Below, piece by piece: positions 39,874-48,036 of a stretch of DNA of 64,000 nt (within the stretch, counting starts at the first letter, position 1; each line of letters opens with the position of its first letter). The notes under the pieces were generated by a model that saw only the letters and a list, made by a program, of their open reading frames with translations, was not told the origin of the DNA and made no database searches. A program made the position numbers and the translations under genes. The stretch is from Candidatus Woesearchaeota archaeon (GTDB lineage Archaea; Nanobdellota; Nanobdellia; SCGC-AAA011-G17; PNOQ01): assembly GCA_964481835.1 (NCBI GenBank), contig CAYZTT010000001.1, forward strand, positions 9,964 to 73,963, written 5' to 3'.

Positions 39874-40015
39874 GAAAATCCCTCTTTTTAGAGTATTTTT
39901 AGGATAAATGGTATATAAAAGTTCGCATAAGGTATGTTAGGCGAATTAGTGTTCTATTTTGCCTTCTTGAGGAGTAAATAATACTCTATTCAGAGAAATT
40001 TAAAAATCTACCGAA

Positions 40016-40396
40016 TTATGCAAGCTCTTCCAAAAGTGCTTGATATTCCCGGGACCTTCTTAAGGCATCTTTCTTTTTGCCTTTCCGTGTAAGAATGTAA
40101 ATTGCTCCTTCGCCTTCTTCCATCCTTCTTTCTACTGCGAAGGAAGTTGCACTAAACCCAGTTATATCTGTCAAATTCTCTGGGAGTTCATATCCTGAAT
40201 GGGACCTGAATGGACCTGAACGGCAAGTTAAATCTATTATCCTAAGTTCTCTGTCAAAGTACAATTCATACCCTTTGCTAGTATTAACTACATGAATCAC
40301 ATCTCCATCTCTCTCAGGAACGCTTGCAAATAAGGACTCTATAGTCCTTACTAGATTAGAGGAAAAATCGTGTGGGATGAATATTGGGGCTTTCAT
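40016..40396 (-). CDS. Hypothetical protein (GC-elevated block)
   Basis: 126 aa with no motif. Same strand and compositional block as the recombinase. Confidence 0.3.
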   Translation of the reverse strand: MKAPIFIPHDFSSNLVRTIESLFASVPERDGDVIHVVNTSKGYELYFDRELRIIDLTCRSGPFRSHSGYELPENLTDITGFSATSFAVERRMEEGEGAIYILTRKGKKKDALRRSREYQALLEELA

Positions 40397-40433
40397 TTTG
40401 AATTATTTATCTTTTAATTTTTGCTAAAAGGTT

Positions 40434-40769
40434 TTAAACATGCAAATAGAGTCCCTGATGCCTTCCTTCTTGACGCTTCTCTACGAGAAAATAGTCTGGA
40501 TCTGGGCCTATAAATTCATAAAATCTCCGGGGCATTTCGCTCCCAGATAATGAAGTGAAGGGACCTAGTTCCTTTAAATCTCCGAGTTCCTTTAACTCTT
40601 GTACCTTTGAAGGTTTTCTTCCGAGAGGATATAGTAAAAATTCTCCGTCTTTTGTTTGGGCTACACCCACTGCAATCGCGTTCTCAAAGGTTGCCAGAGT
40701 TAGCTCTATTGATCTCCTTAGCCTTTGCCATCTTGGCACTCTCACTGATGTAGGTTGTTTTTGTTTCAT
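40434..40769 (-). CDS. Hypothetical protein (GC-elevated block)
   Basis: 111 aa, basic N-terminus, no motif. Confidence 0.3.
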   Translation of the reverse strand: MKQKQPTSVRVPRWQRLRRSIELTLATFENAIAVGVAQTKDGEFLLYPLGRKPSKVQELKELGDLKELGPFTSLSGSEMPRRFYEFIGPDPDYFLVEKRQEGRHQGLYLHV

Positions 40770-40812
40770 TTTTTAATTGCGGAGGTTTGTAGAAAATTAG
40801 CTATTTATAAAA

Positions 40813-41115
40813 CTATCTCTCTTTTCTCTCTGGCCTTTTCAGGGGTTCTGCCTTTACGGCTTTGGGGTTTAATCCTAAAATTATATCCACTAGTTCTGCT
40901 ACTTTTCCTGTTTCTTGGGGATCTTGTGTAGCTACAACCCCTACTTTTCTTTTTAATATACCTTCTGCTGCGAGATAGCTCTCGACCCACTTCGTAAGTC
41001 CTTCTTCCCCGTCTTTGAAGGTTGAAAGATTTGCATGGTTGAATCCCCCGTATGCATCTAGAGACAATAAATATTGGCCATTTACCATATTGTATCCTGC
41101 GGATAATAGTTTCAT
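40813..41115 (-). CDS. Hypothetical protein (GC-elevated block)
   Basis: 100 aa, no motif. Confidence 0.3.
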   Translation of the reverse strand: MKLLSAGYNMVNGQYLLSLDAYGGFNHANLSTFKDGEEGLTKWVESYLAAEGILKRKVGVVATQDPQETGKVAELVDIILGLNPKAVKAEPLKRPERKER

Positions 41116-41212
41116 TTTTCTTAATATCTCCTATAAAATAAGGACCGCCAGGCCCTTTTTAAATGTATCTATTTGTAGCTATTGTATAGTGACAAAAGAT
41201 TTAAAGAAAATA

Positions 41213-41440
41213 TTACATATGTTTTTTCATATATTCATACCAAATGGCAACTAGGAATGGTACAAATGCAATTAGAATCCAATTTATTTTATGATACCAA
41301 GCCCCAAATACAACTAAAACAAATGTTATTAAGAATAATGCCAATGTTAAAGAATCAAAGCTTTTGTTCACTGTTTGGGCAGGCTTTTTAATTTTCCTTT
41401 TAGTTGACTTCTTTTTTGTAACCTTCTTTTTCTTGGGCAT
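41213..41440 (-). CDS. Small membrane protein with Lys-rich N-terminus
   Basis: MPKKKKVTKKKSTKRKIKKP followed by two TM helices. Confidence 0.35.
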   Translation of the reverse strand: MPKKKKVTKKKSTKRKIKKPAQTVNKSFDSLTLALFLITFVLVVFGAWYHKINWILIAFVPFLVAIWYEYMKKHM

Positions 41441-41540
41441 TAAATATCACCTATTAATTAATTTTTGAAATTTTAAGTATATAAATCTTATGTTTGAAAA
41501 GCAAAAAGTTTAATAACTAGTTTAGTTAAAAAGTTAAATA

Positions 41541-42185
41541 ATGGTTTTTAGATTGTTCAAAAAAAGACGCGATGTGGAAGAGAAACTGTCTGGTTTGCAC
41601 GATAGTCTGAATGATTCTTTTTCTAAAATTAAGGATGATATGGGGAGTGTTGGGGAGTGGATTAAACACTTCGATCAAACTAAAGAAACTCACCATAGTA
41701 AAATAGAGAATTTAGATACCCGATTGAGATCTGTTGAAGAATTCGTTATGAACCTTATAGAACAGTCTCCCGTCGAGGAAATGTCCAAACAGCTGTCCAA
41801 ACAAGGACAAACAGCTGTCCGTCCGAATCAAACGGATAGTGTGTCCAAACAGATGTTTGAACAGCCGTCCAAACAGCAAAAAGTTGTCCAAACGGATCTA
41901 GAGAGGGCATTAATTAGTTTGACAGCAATGGAAAGGGCATTAGTGTGGAGCCTTTTGAATACAGACATTCTATTAAGTTATGAGGATATGGGTAGGATTT
42001 TAGGCAAAGACCAATCTACAGTGAGAGGACAAATAAATAATATAAAAAGGAAGATTCCTGGGCTAATAGAGGAGAAAAGTGAGGACACAGGAAAGAAGAG
42101 ATACTATGTAAATGAGGGAAAGAAGAGGGATATATGGGTAAAATATACGGGTAAACGGGCAAAAAAGGTCGAAAGTGAGAGCTAA
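41541..42185 (+). CDS. Coiled-coil protein with internal SKQ repeats and C-terminal sigma-70-region-4/HTH_10-like DNA-binding domain
   Basis: N-terminal heptad-like region, (x-S-K-Q) x4 encoded by gtccaaacag repeats, then LTAMERALVWSLLN...LSYEDMGRILGKDQSTVRGQINNIKRKI. Confidence 0.45.
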   Translation: MVFRLFKKRRDVEEKLSGLHDSLNDSFSKIKDDMGSVGEWIKHFDQTKETHHSKIENLDTRLRSVEEFVMNLIEQSPVEEMSKQLSKQGQTAVRPNQTDSVSKQMFEQPSKQQKVVQTDLERALISLTAMERALVWSLLNTDILLSYEDMGRILGKDQSTVRGQINNIKRKIPGLIEEKSEDTGKKRYYVNEGKKRDIWVKYTGKRAKKVESES

Positions 42186-42260
42186 TTTTGAGTAATATTG
42201 ATTAATTTGGGGTATTTTAAGGAATAAATCAGGGCATTTATGTTAAAAGTGAGAGTAGAA

Positions 42261-43058
42261 TCAGATATAATGACGCAAATGGCCAGTTAACCGTGTTTGT
42301 GAGTGATCCTTCTCTCTGAGAGCTAGAAGATTTTCTAGCATTTTGAGCGTTCTAAACTCTTTTTTTATGGTTAAGTATACCTTTCTATTGGGAGATACAT
42401 TCTTTGTGAGAGGTATTTTCCTTAAAACAAGGTCGCTTATGTAATCTCTAACTGCACTTTGAGATATTAGGAGATCTTTTGCCAGATCAGCATATGTTAT
42501 GGGGGCCTTAAGTTCTTCTTCTAATCGATAGATGGCCATAAAAACCCTGAATTGTGCCTCTGTAAGGCTCAGAAACCTCGATTCTAGGTCCTCTTTAAGG
42601 GTTTGAACGTCATAATAATCTTTTAATCCTTCTGTCGGAGCAGTGTCTGTCTGTCGTCTTTCTGTCGGCAGGTTGTCGGCAGGTTGTCGGCGCAGGACCC
42701 CTTCATTTCCTATGGAACTTTCTTGGATTTTCGGCTTAGGAGGCTCAAAACCATTAAATTTGGGGGTTTTAGGGTTTTTGGGGGTTTTTGTCTCTGGTTC
42801 AGGCACTCTTTGCATGTGTAGAGATTGCTCTAACAAGACCTTAATCTCCTTTATTTCACTCTCAAGCCCTGAAATGCGCAAATCTAGCTCAGAAATAGAT
42901 TCTTTTACCTTTTGAAAGGACAATCTTACTTTACTTTGAAAATCCAATTTAACCCCAATGTAGAAATCTGTGTCGAATTTATAACAATTTATGTGTCGGA
43001 GCAGTGTCGTCTGTGTGTCGAAAGTGTGTCGAAGTGAGAGTATTCTTGTATTAGGCAC
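42261..43058 (-). CDS. Paralogous coiled-coil / low-complexity linker / HTH_10-like protein (non-ATG start likely)
   Basis: Same architecture as 41541-42185: coiled coil (ISELDLRISGLESEIKEIKVLLEQ), P/K/T-rich linker, and C-terminal LSLTEAQFRVFMAIY...ITYADLAKDLLISQSAVRDYISDLVLRKI. The ORF begins with GTG. It is convergent with its paralog. Confidence 0.4.
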   Translation of the reverse strand: MPNTRILSLRHTFDTQTTLLRHINCYKFDTDFYIGVKLDFQSKVRLSFQKVKESISELDLRISGLESEIKEIKVLLEQSLHMQRVPEPETKTPKNPKTPKFNGFEPPKPKIQESSIGNEGVLRRQPADNLPTERRQTDTAPTEGLKDYYDVQTLKEDLESRFLSLTEAQFRVFMAIYRLEEELKAPITYADLAKDLLISQSAVRDYISDLVLRKIPLTKNVSPNRKVYLTIKKEFRTLKMLENLLALREKDHSQTRLTGHLRHYI

Positions 43059-43100
43059 TATACGGAGTTATAGGTATTTTGTGAGAATACGCCTTGAGAA

Positions 43101-43640
43101 CTATAAATTCTGGGGTTTGACTTGGTTATTGTAGATATCGATGAATGAGGTGTGGTGGAGGTTTATCCCCGCAGATATAAAGGATTCTGCAATACCTTTT
43201 ATCAGTTCTTTTTCATTGAGATTCTCTGCATTGAATCTAAGGAGATTTGTGAGAGTGAGTGTACATAGGAACCCTTCATTTAGCTCTAGGCAAACACTTC
43301 TATTCCCTTCTTTTACCGTCGAGGATTCTAGATCGATATTAATGTTTCCCTTGGTGAGATTCCTTTCTTGTTTAGAAAATCCCCATGGCAAGAGCTCGTT
43401 AATGATGGCTTCTTCCATTGTCGAAGCCACTGTCTGTTTGTCGGCAATGCCCAAATTTATTACTTTTCCAAGGTATTTTGTAGACTTTTGTCGAGATTGT
43501 TTTTTCTTTTTGTTATATCTATTTTCTACAAGATATGCATATTCTTTTCCGTTGATAACTTTCTTCCTTATGAACATATTATTATTGTACAAACATAATT
43601 TATAAGAATTACCCATATACTGAAAACCTATCTGACTCAC
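43101..43640 (-). CDS. Hypothetical protein with basic N-terminal segment (FIRKKVINGKEYAYLVENRYNKKKKQSRQKSTKYLGKV)
   Basis: 179 aa with no assignable family. Its start overlaps the 3' end of the JAMM gene by ~30 nt. Confidence 0.3.
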   Translation of the reverse strand: MSQIGFQYMGNSYKLCLYNNNMFIRKKVINGKEYAYLVENRYNKKKKQSRQKSTKYLGKVINLGIADKQTVASTMEEAIINELLPWGFSKQERNLTKGNINIDLESSTVKEGNRSVCLELNEGFLCTLTLTNLLRFNAENLNEKELIKGIAESFISAGINLHHTSFIDIYNNQVKPQNL

Positions 43641-44130
43641 ACATTATTATCATTAGAGAATGGGGGTTTTTCTCCTTGCTAGAATTGAGTGTTATAAGAT
43701 CTTGCTGGGAGGCTATACATCTTCTAAAGGGGTGAGAATGTAATAAAATTATTGTGTCTTCTGAACAAGTCTTAAAGGTCACATGGTTAAAAGTTTGTTC
43801 AGTTATATCTGGTTGATATACTTCATTTATCGTATAGTCTCTACTTATCTCCCCTTTCAAACAAACCACCATCTCTACAGAGAGATCTTTGTTATAATAC
43901 TCTTGCAAATCATTATATGTGTCTTCTGTGAACATTATTGAGAATTCTTCAAGGACTATTGTTTTATTCTCTGCTAATTTTGATTCAGATATGCTCTCTA
44001 GTATGGGAAATATTGGATACCCCAATAATATGTACGAGGTAATCAAAAATAATAAGGCTATGGCTATAAACATTATAATAATTTTCCTCCATATGGAATC
44101 CCTTTCTTCTATTTGATTTTCTTCAATCAT
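43609..44130 (-). CDS. Membrane-anchored JAMM/MPN+ (JAB) metalloprotease-domain protein
   Basis: N-terminal TM helix (IIIMFIAIALLFLITSYILLGY). The C-terminal domain has the exact JAMM signature H-x-H-x7-S-x2-D (LLHSHPFRRCIASQQDL), with an upstream conserved Glu candidate (KGEISRD). Confidence 0.55.
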   Translation of the reverse strand: MIEENQIEERDSIWRKIIIMFIAIALLFLITSYILLGYPIFPILESISESKLAENKTIVLEEFSIMFTEDTYNDLQEYYNKDLSVEMVVCLKGEISRDYTINEVYQPDITEQTFNHVTFKTCSEDTIILLHSHPFRRCIASQQDLITLNSSKEKNPHSLMIIMCESDRFSVYG

Positions 44131-45020
44131 GCATGTAGATGTAGATGTAATTGTTTTGTTATTTTTCTAATGTGTTTCTTCCGGATATAGTGTAGTACTA
44201 TCCCTGCAAGTATAAGAATTGTTCCCCCCAGTAATATTCTAAAATCCAGGGTTTCATTTATGAACATTATTGCGAAGGCTATTGATGCGATAGGGGTTAC
44301 TAAGAGACTTATTATTGAAATTGTATCTGCATGTAATCTCTTTGCGCTATATCCAATTAACAAGAATGGAAGTGCGGTGCATAATACCCCCAATACGATT
44401 AAGAGAGGTATGTGGGGCAATATATTATTTCCTAGACCAAATATGAATACAAAGGGGACATAAAATAGTGTTGCAAAGAAAAAGAACCACATGATGGACC
44501 CTATTGAGTGTGTTTTCTCTTCAGATCTAAGGAAAACTAATAATAGTGCATAAAATAATGCGTTACCAAGAGATATCATATTCCCTATAAAAAATCCACT
44601 TTTGAAATTGAATGGATTTATGACAGATAACCCAATCAATGCTACAATAATTGCTAATTTTTGGTTGAACTTTAATTTTTCCTTTAGGAAAAAGAATGCA
44701 AAGATAGTTACAAAGACTACAGAAAAGGAGGAAATTAATATTACATTTGAAACTGGTGCATATGAAAGCGCATATATGAATGACCCTAAAGCTAATGCCT
44801 TTAACATTCCAATTGATATATAATTTGGCAGATCTTTTCTTTTTACTCTATATGCTTTTTTATCTAACATGGGCATTAAAATTGCTAGAAAGATAGATGC
44901 AAATAATAACCTAAAGAAAGTGATTGCCACAGGGTTTATGTCTGGCACAAGAACTTTAGTTATTACACCTACAAATCCTACCAGGATCCCTGCAAGGATT
45001 ATATTGAACTTGGATTTCAT
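44127..45020 (-). CDS. EamA/DMT-superfamily transporter (10 TM)
   Basis: Two EamA-like repeats. Start trimmed to MKSKFNIILAGILVGF to avoid overlap with the divergent nth-like gene. Confidence 0.65.
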   Translation of the reverse strand: MKSKFNIILAGILVGFVGVITKVLVPDINPVAITFFRLLFASIFLAILMPMLDKKAYRVKRKDLPNYISIGMLKALALGSFIYALSYAPVSNVILISSFSVVFVTIFAFFFLKEKLKFNQKLAIIVALIGLSVINPFNFKSGFFIGNMISLGNALFYALLLVFLRSEEKTHSIGSIMWFFFFATLFYVPFVFIFGLGNNILPHIPLLIVLGVLCTALPFLLIGYSAKRLHADTISIISLLVTPIASIAFAIMFINETLDFRILLGGTILILAGIVLHYIRKKHIRKITKQLHLHLHA

Positions 45021-45069
45021 TATTAGCTTTAGGGTTAAGTTTTTAAAAATGTTTGCCCAAACTAATTGT

Positions 45070-45678
45070 ATGAATAAAAAGAAAGCTGTGCAGCAATTGG
45101 GTGAATTGAGAAAGAATACTAAAAATATGCGATTGACTGCAGAAAAATGGGATAGGCCATGGAAAACTCTGATTGCCATATTGTTGTCTGCTAGGACCCG
45201 TGATGAAATGACTATCCCTGTAGCTAGAGAGTTGTTTAAGAGATATTCTAGTTTGAATAAACTCAGTAATGCAAAATTAAGGGATGTTGAGAAAATAATC
45301 AGACCGATAAATTTTTACAAAAATAAATCCAAAAATGTTTTAGGTTGCTCAAAAATGTTATTGGAGACCCATGGGGGAAAGGTCCCTAAGAATTTTGAGG
45401 AGTTGTTACATTTGCCTGGTGTTGGTAGGAAGACTGCCAATGTATTTTTGTCTGAATATGGAGGTGCAGCAATCGGTGTGGACACACACGTGTTTTACAT
45501 TTCCAAGAAACTGAGTTGGAGTAATGGAAAAACCCCTGAGAAGGTAGAGGGCGACCTTAAGAGATTGTTTCCTAAGAACTACTGGACCAAGGTAAACCCA
45601 GTATTGGTAAGATTCGGAAAAACGTATACAAGTAGAAAGGTGAAAGATAAATTGCTTCTTAAGATTAAAAATTTATGA
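45070..45678 (+). CDS. nth: HhH-GPD DNA glycosylase, endonuclease III-like, lacking the C-terminal Fe-S loop
   Basis: Helix-hairpin-helix LPGVGRKTANVFL with the catalytic Lys, and VDTHV with the catalytic Asp. There is no C-terminal Cys cluster. The start is uncertain (45049 or 45070). Confidence 0.7.
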   Translation: MNKKKAVQQLGELRKNTKNMRLTAEKWDRPWKTLIAILLSARTRDEMTIPVARELFKRYSSLNKLSNAKLRDVEKIIRPINFYKNKSKNVLGCSKMLLETHGGKVPKNFEELLHLPGVGRKTANVFLSEYGGAAIGVDTHVFYISKKLSWSNGKTPEKVEGDLKRLFPKNYWTKVNPVLVRFGKTYTSRKVKDKLLLKIKNL

Positions 45679-45897
45679 GTTTAGAGTGTAATGACTATTA
45701 CTTTTAGAGTGGTATCGGCTTCTAATATATAGGTGAAAATTGTTATAATGAAATTGGAGAATATATATAAATGAAAGTTGGGATAGTCAAGATATGAATA
45801 AAGAAATTAAGATCTTGAAGATAATGAAAGAAGAGAGATGTGATTGGGAAGAGGCACAGAAACGCGAAGAAGAAAGAAAAGATCTAAAAGAATTCTT

Positions 45898-46302
45898 TTA
45901 GTTTGCTTTTAATGTTGGAAGCCTTACATGTGGTGGCAAATTTACATCTTGGCTTAACACTAGCGCCTTAATGTTGCATCTTGCTAGAATCGAGTTTATT
46001 ATTAGTGGAGAAATGTCCTTTTGCAGACTTTTGCTTTTGTTCCACTCCTTTGTGATTCCATCAATTTTTTTTGGATCATCCATATATAGAACATGCCCAT
46101 TCAGTTGAATTGCGCCCACTTCTGGATCGTACGTAGATTTAAACTCAAAGCTAATCTTGAGTATATCATCTGAACTAGAAACAGAGAGCTTCTCCTGCTC
46201 AACATTCTTTATATCAATATTATTTTTTATTTGGACTTTCCCAACTATCTTGTTATCTTTCTTCGCACCGATTTTATCAAAGTTTAATCCTACTATAGGC
46301 AT
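45898..46302 (-). CDS. Hypothetical protein
   Basis: 134 aa with no motif recognised. Confidence 0.3.
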   Translation of the reverse strand: MPIVGLNFDKIGAKKDNKIVGKVQIKNNIDIKNVEQEKLSVSSSDDILKISFEFKSTYDPEVGAIQLNGHVLYMDDPKKIDGITKEWNKSKSLQKDISPLIINSILARCNIKALVLSQDVNLPPHVRLPTLKAN

Positions 46303-46348
46303 TTAACATCACCAGAATAAAGAATTTCTAGTTCATTTATAAGTGTTT

Positions 46349-48028
46349 CTACATTTCCTTGGGCAGGGGGATATTTAGTATTGTGAATGTATTTCTAAAT
46401 ACTTGTTGTGTTGCCTTTATCATCTCTATCCTGGCCCCTTTTAGGCCCTTCTCGGATTGATTTATATGGCATGAATGGTAGAACTCATTAAAAATCCTAG
46501 CTAGTTCTAGGATGTAGTTAGTTAGTGTGTGTGGAGAGTTTTTTTCTTTAGATTTTTTTATAATCTCTGGAAATGAGGAAAGTTTCTTAATTAGTTTAAA
46601 TTCTACTTTGTTCTTTACTAATTTGTAGTTAGGAGTATCTGCTTTTACTTTTTTAAGTATTGAGTTTATTCTGGCATTAGAATATTGTAAATATGGGCAA
46701 GTATCTCCTTCAAAACTCAATGCTTTCTCCATATCAAAAATTATGTCTTTATTTGAATCTTGATTTAGCATTGTAAATTTAATTGCCCCCAGAACTATCT
46801 CTGTTGCGATTCTTTCCGTTTTTGTTTTTGTCCAGGATTTATATCTCGATTTTAGATCTTTGATTGTTTTTTGTAAAACTTTATCGTAAAAATCTTCATA
46901 TAGTTCTACTCTCCCTGTTCTTGAAGATATACTGCCCCCTTTTAGTTTTACTTGTCCGTGTGGGACATGTATCATTGATTTTTTAAATCCAATTATATCT
47001 AATGTTCTGAATAGTTGTTGAAAATAGAACTTTTGTTCGTCCCCGGTAACGTATATAGATTCATTTATTCTGTATTCATTAAATTTTATCTTGGCCAATG
47101 CAAGATCTTTAGTAGAATAAAGTGAAGTTCCATCTGATTTTCTTAATAAAAACTTTTTAAGATTATATTTCTCTAAATCTATTAGTATTGCTCCTTCATC
47201 CTCATATGCTATTTTTTTCTTTATTAGATCATCAACTATCTTTTGTCCTGGTTTTTCAACTTCTGACTCTAAAAAATATCTTTCAATTTTTATGTTTAGT
47301 TGTTTTGCTATCTCTTTGAATTCATCTAGACTCCACTTTCTAGTTTCTCTCCATATTTTGGTTAAGTGAGGATCTCCACTTTCTAGTTTTTTTAATATTT
47401 CAGAGACCTCCTCTTTGTATTTTTTGTTTTTTTCTAATTCTCGATTTGCCTTAACATAAATCTCCCCCATATATTTTCCTTTATTTTTTGGTAGTTTGTC
47501 TCCCTTATGGAATTTCTCCAATGCCCAGATACTTTTGGCTACGTGGGTACCTATGTCTCCTAGGTAAGATACAGGTATTGTCTTATAGTTTGTAAAATTA
47601 TATAGGTTAACAAGAAAATTTCCAATCACAGTATTTCTTAAATGTCCAACATGTATTACTTTATGCGTATTTTGGTTATAGAATTCCACCATAACTTTTT
47701 TGTTTTTCCCGATGTTTGAGTATCCGTATTCTTTTGTCTCTTTTAAAATATTTTTTATTGTGTTCTCTATGAATTCTGCCTTATTTAAGAAGATATTTAG
47801 ATATGGGCCATTGGATTCTAATTTGTTTATGAAATTGGGTAATTTTATTTTTTCTAGGTTTTTTGATATGTCCTCTGGAGATTTTTTTAGTTTTTTAGAT
47901 AATATAAAACATGGAAAGGTGTAATCTCCTAAATCTAATGAAGGGGGAACTTTTAATGTATTTTCATTTAAAGTTTCCTTTAGCTCCTTGTTAAGAAATT
48001 GAATGGTCTTTTTCTTGTAATCGATCAT
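46349..48028 (-). CDS. argS: Arginyl-tRNA synthetase
   Basis: Class I HVGH motif (HVGHLRNTVIGN), a C-terminal DALR anticodon-binding region, 559 aa. Confidence 0.9.
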   Translation of the reverse strand: MIDYKKKTIQFLNKELKETLNENTLKVPPSLDLGDYTFPCFILSKKLKKSPEDISKNLEKIKLPNFINKLESNGPYLNIFLNKAEFIENTIKNILKETKEYGYSNIGKNKKVMVEFYNQNTHKVIHVGHLRNTVIGNFLVNLYNFTNYKTIPVSYLGDIGTHVAKSIWALEKFHKGDKLPKNKGKYMGEIYVKANRELEKNKKYKEEVSEILKKLESGDPHLTKIWRETRKWSLDEFKEIAKQLNIKIERYFLESEVEKPGQKIVDDLIKKKIAYEDEGAILIDLEKYNLKKFLLRKSDGTSLYSTKDLALAKIKFNEYRINESIYVTGDEQKFYFQQLFRTLDIIGFKKSMIHVPHGQVKLKGGSISSRTGRVELYEDFYDKVLQKTIKDLKSRYKSWTKTKTERIATEIVLGAIKFTMLNQDSNKDIIFDMEKALSFEGDTCPYLQYSNARINSILKKVKADTPNYKLVKNKVEFKLIKKLSSFPEIIKKSKEKNSPHTLTNYILELARIFNEFYHSCHINQSEKGLKGARIEMIKATQQVFRNTFTILNIPLPKEM

Positions 48029-48036
48029 ATAGAGAA

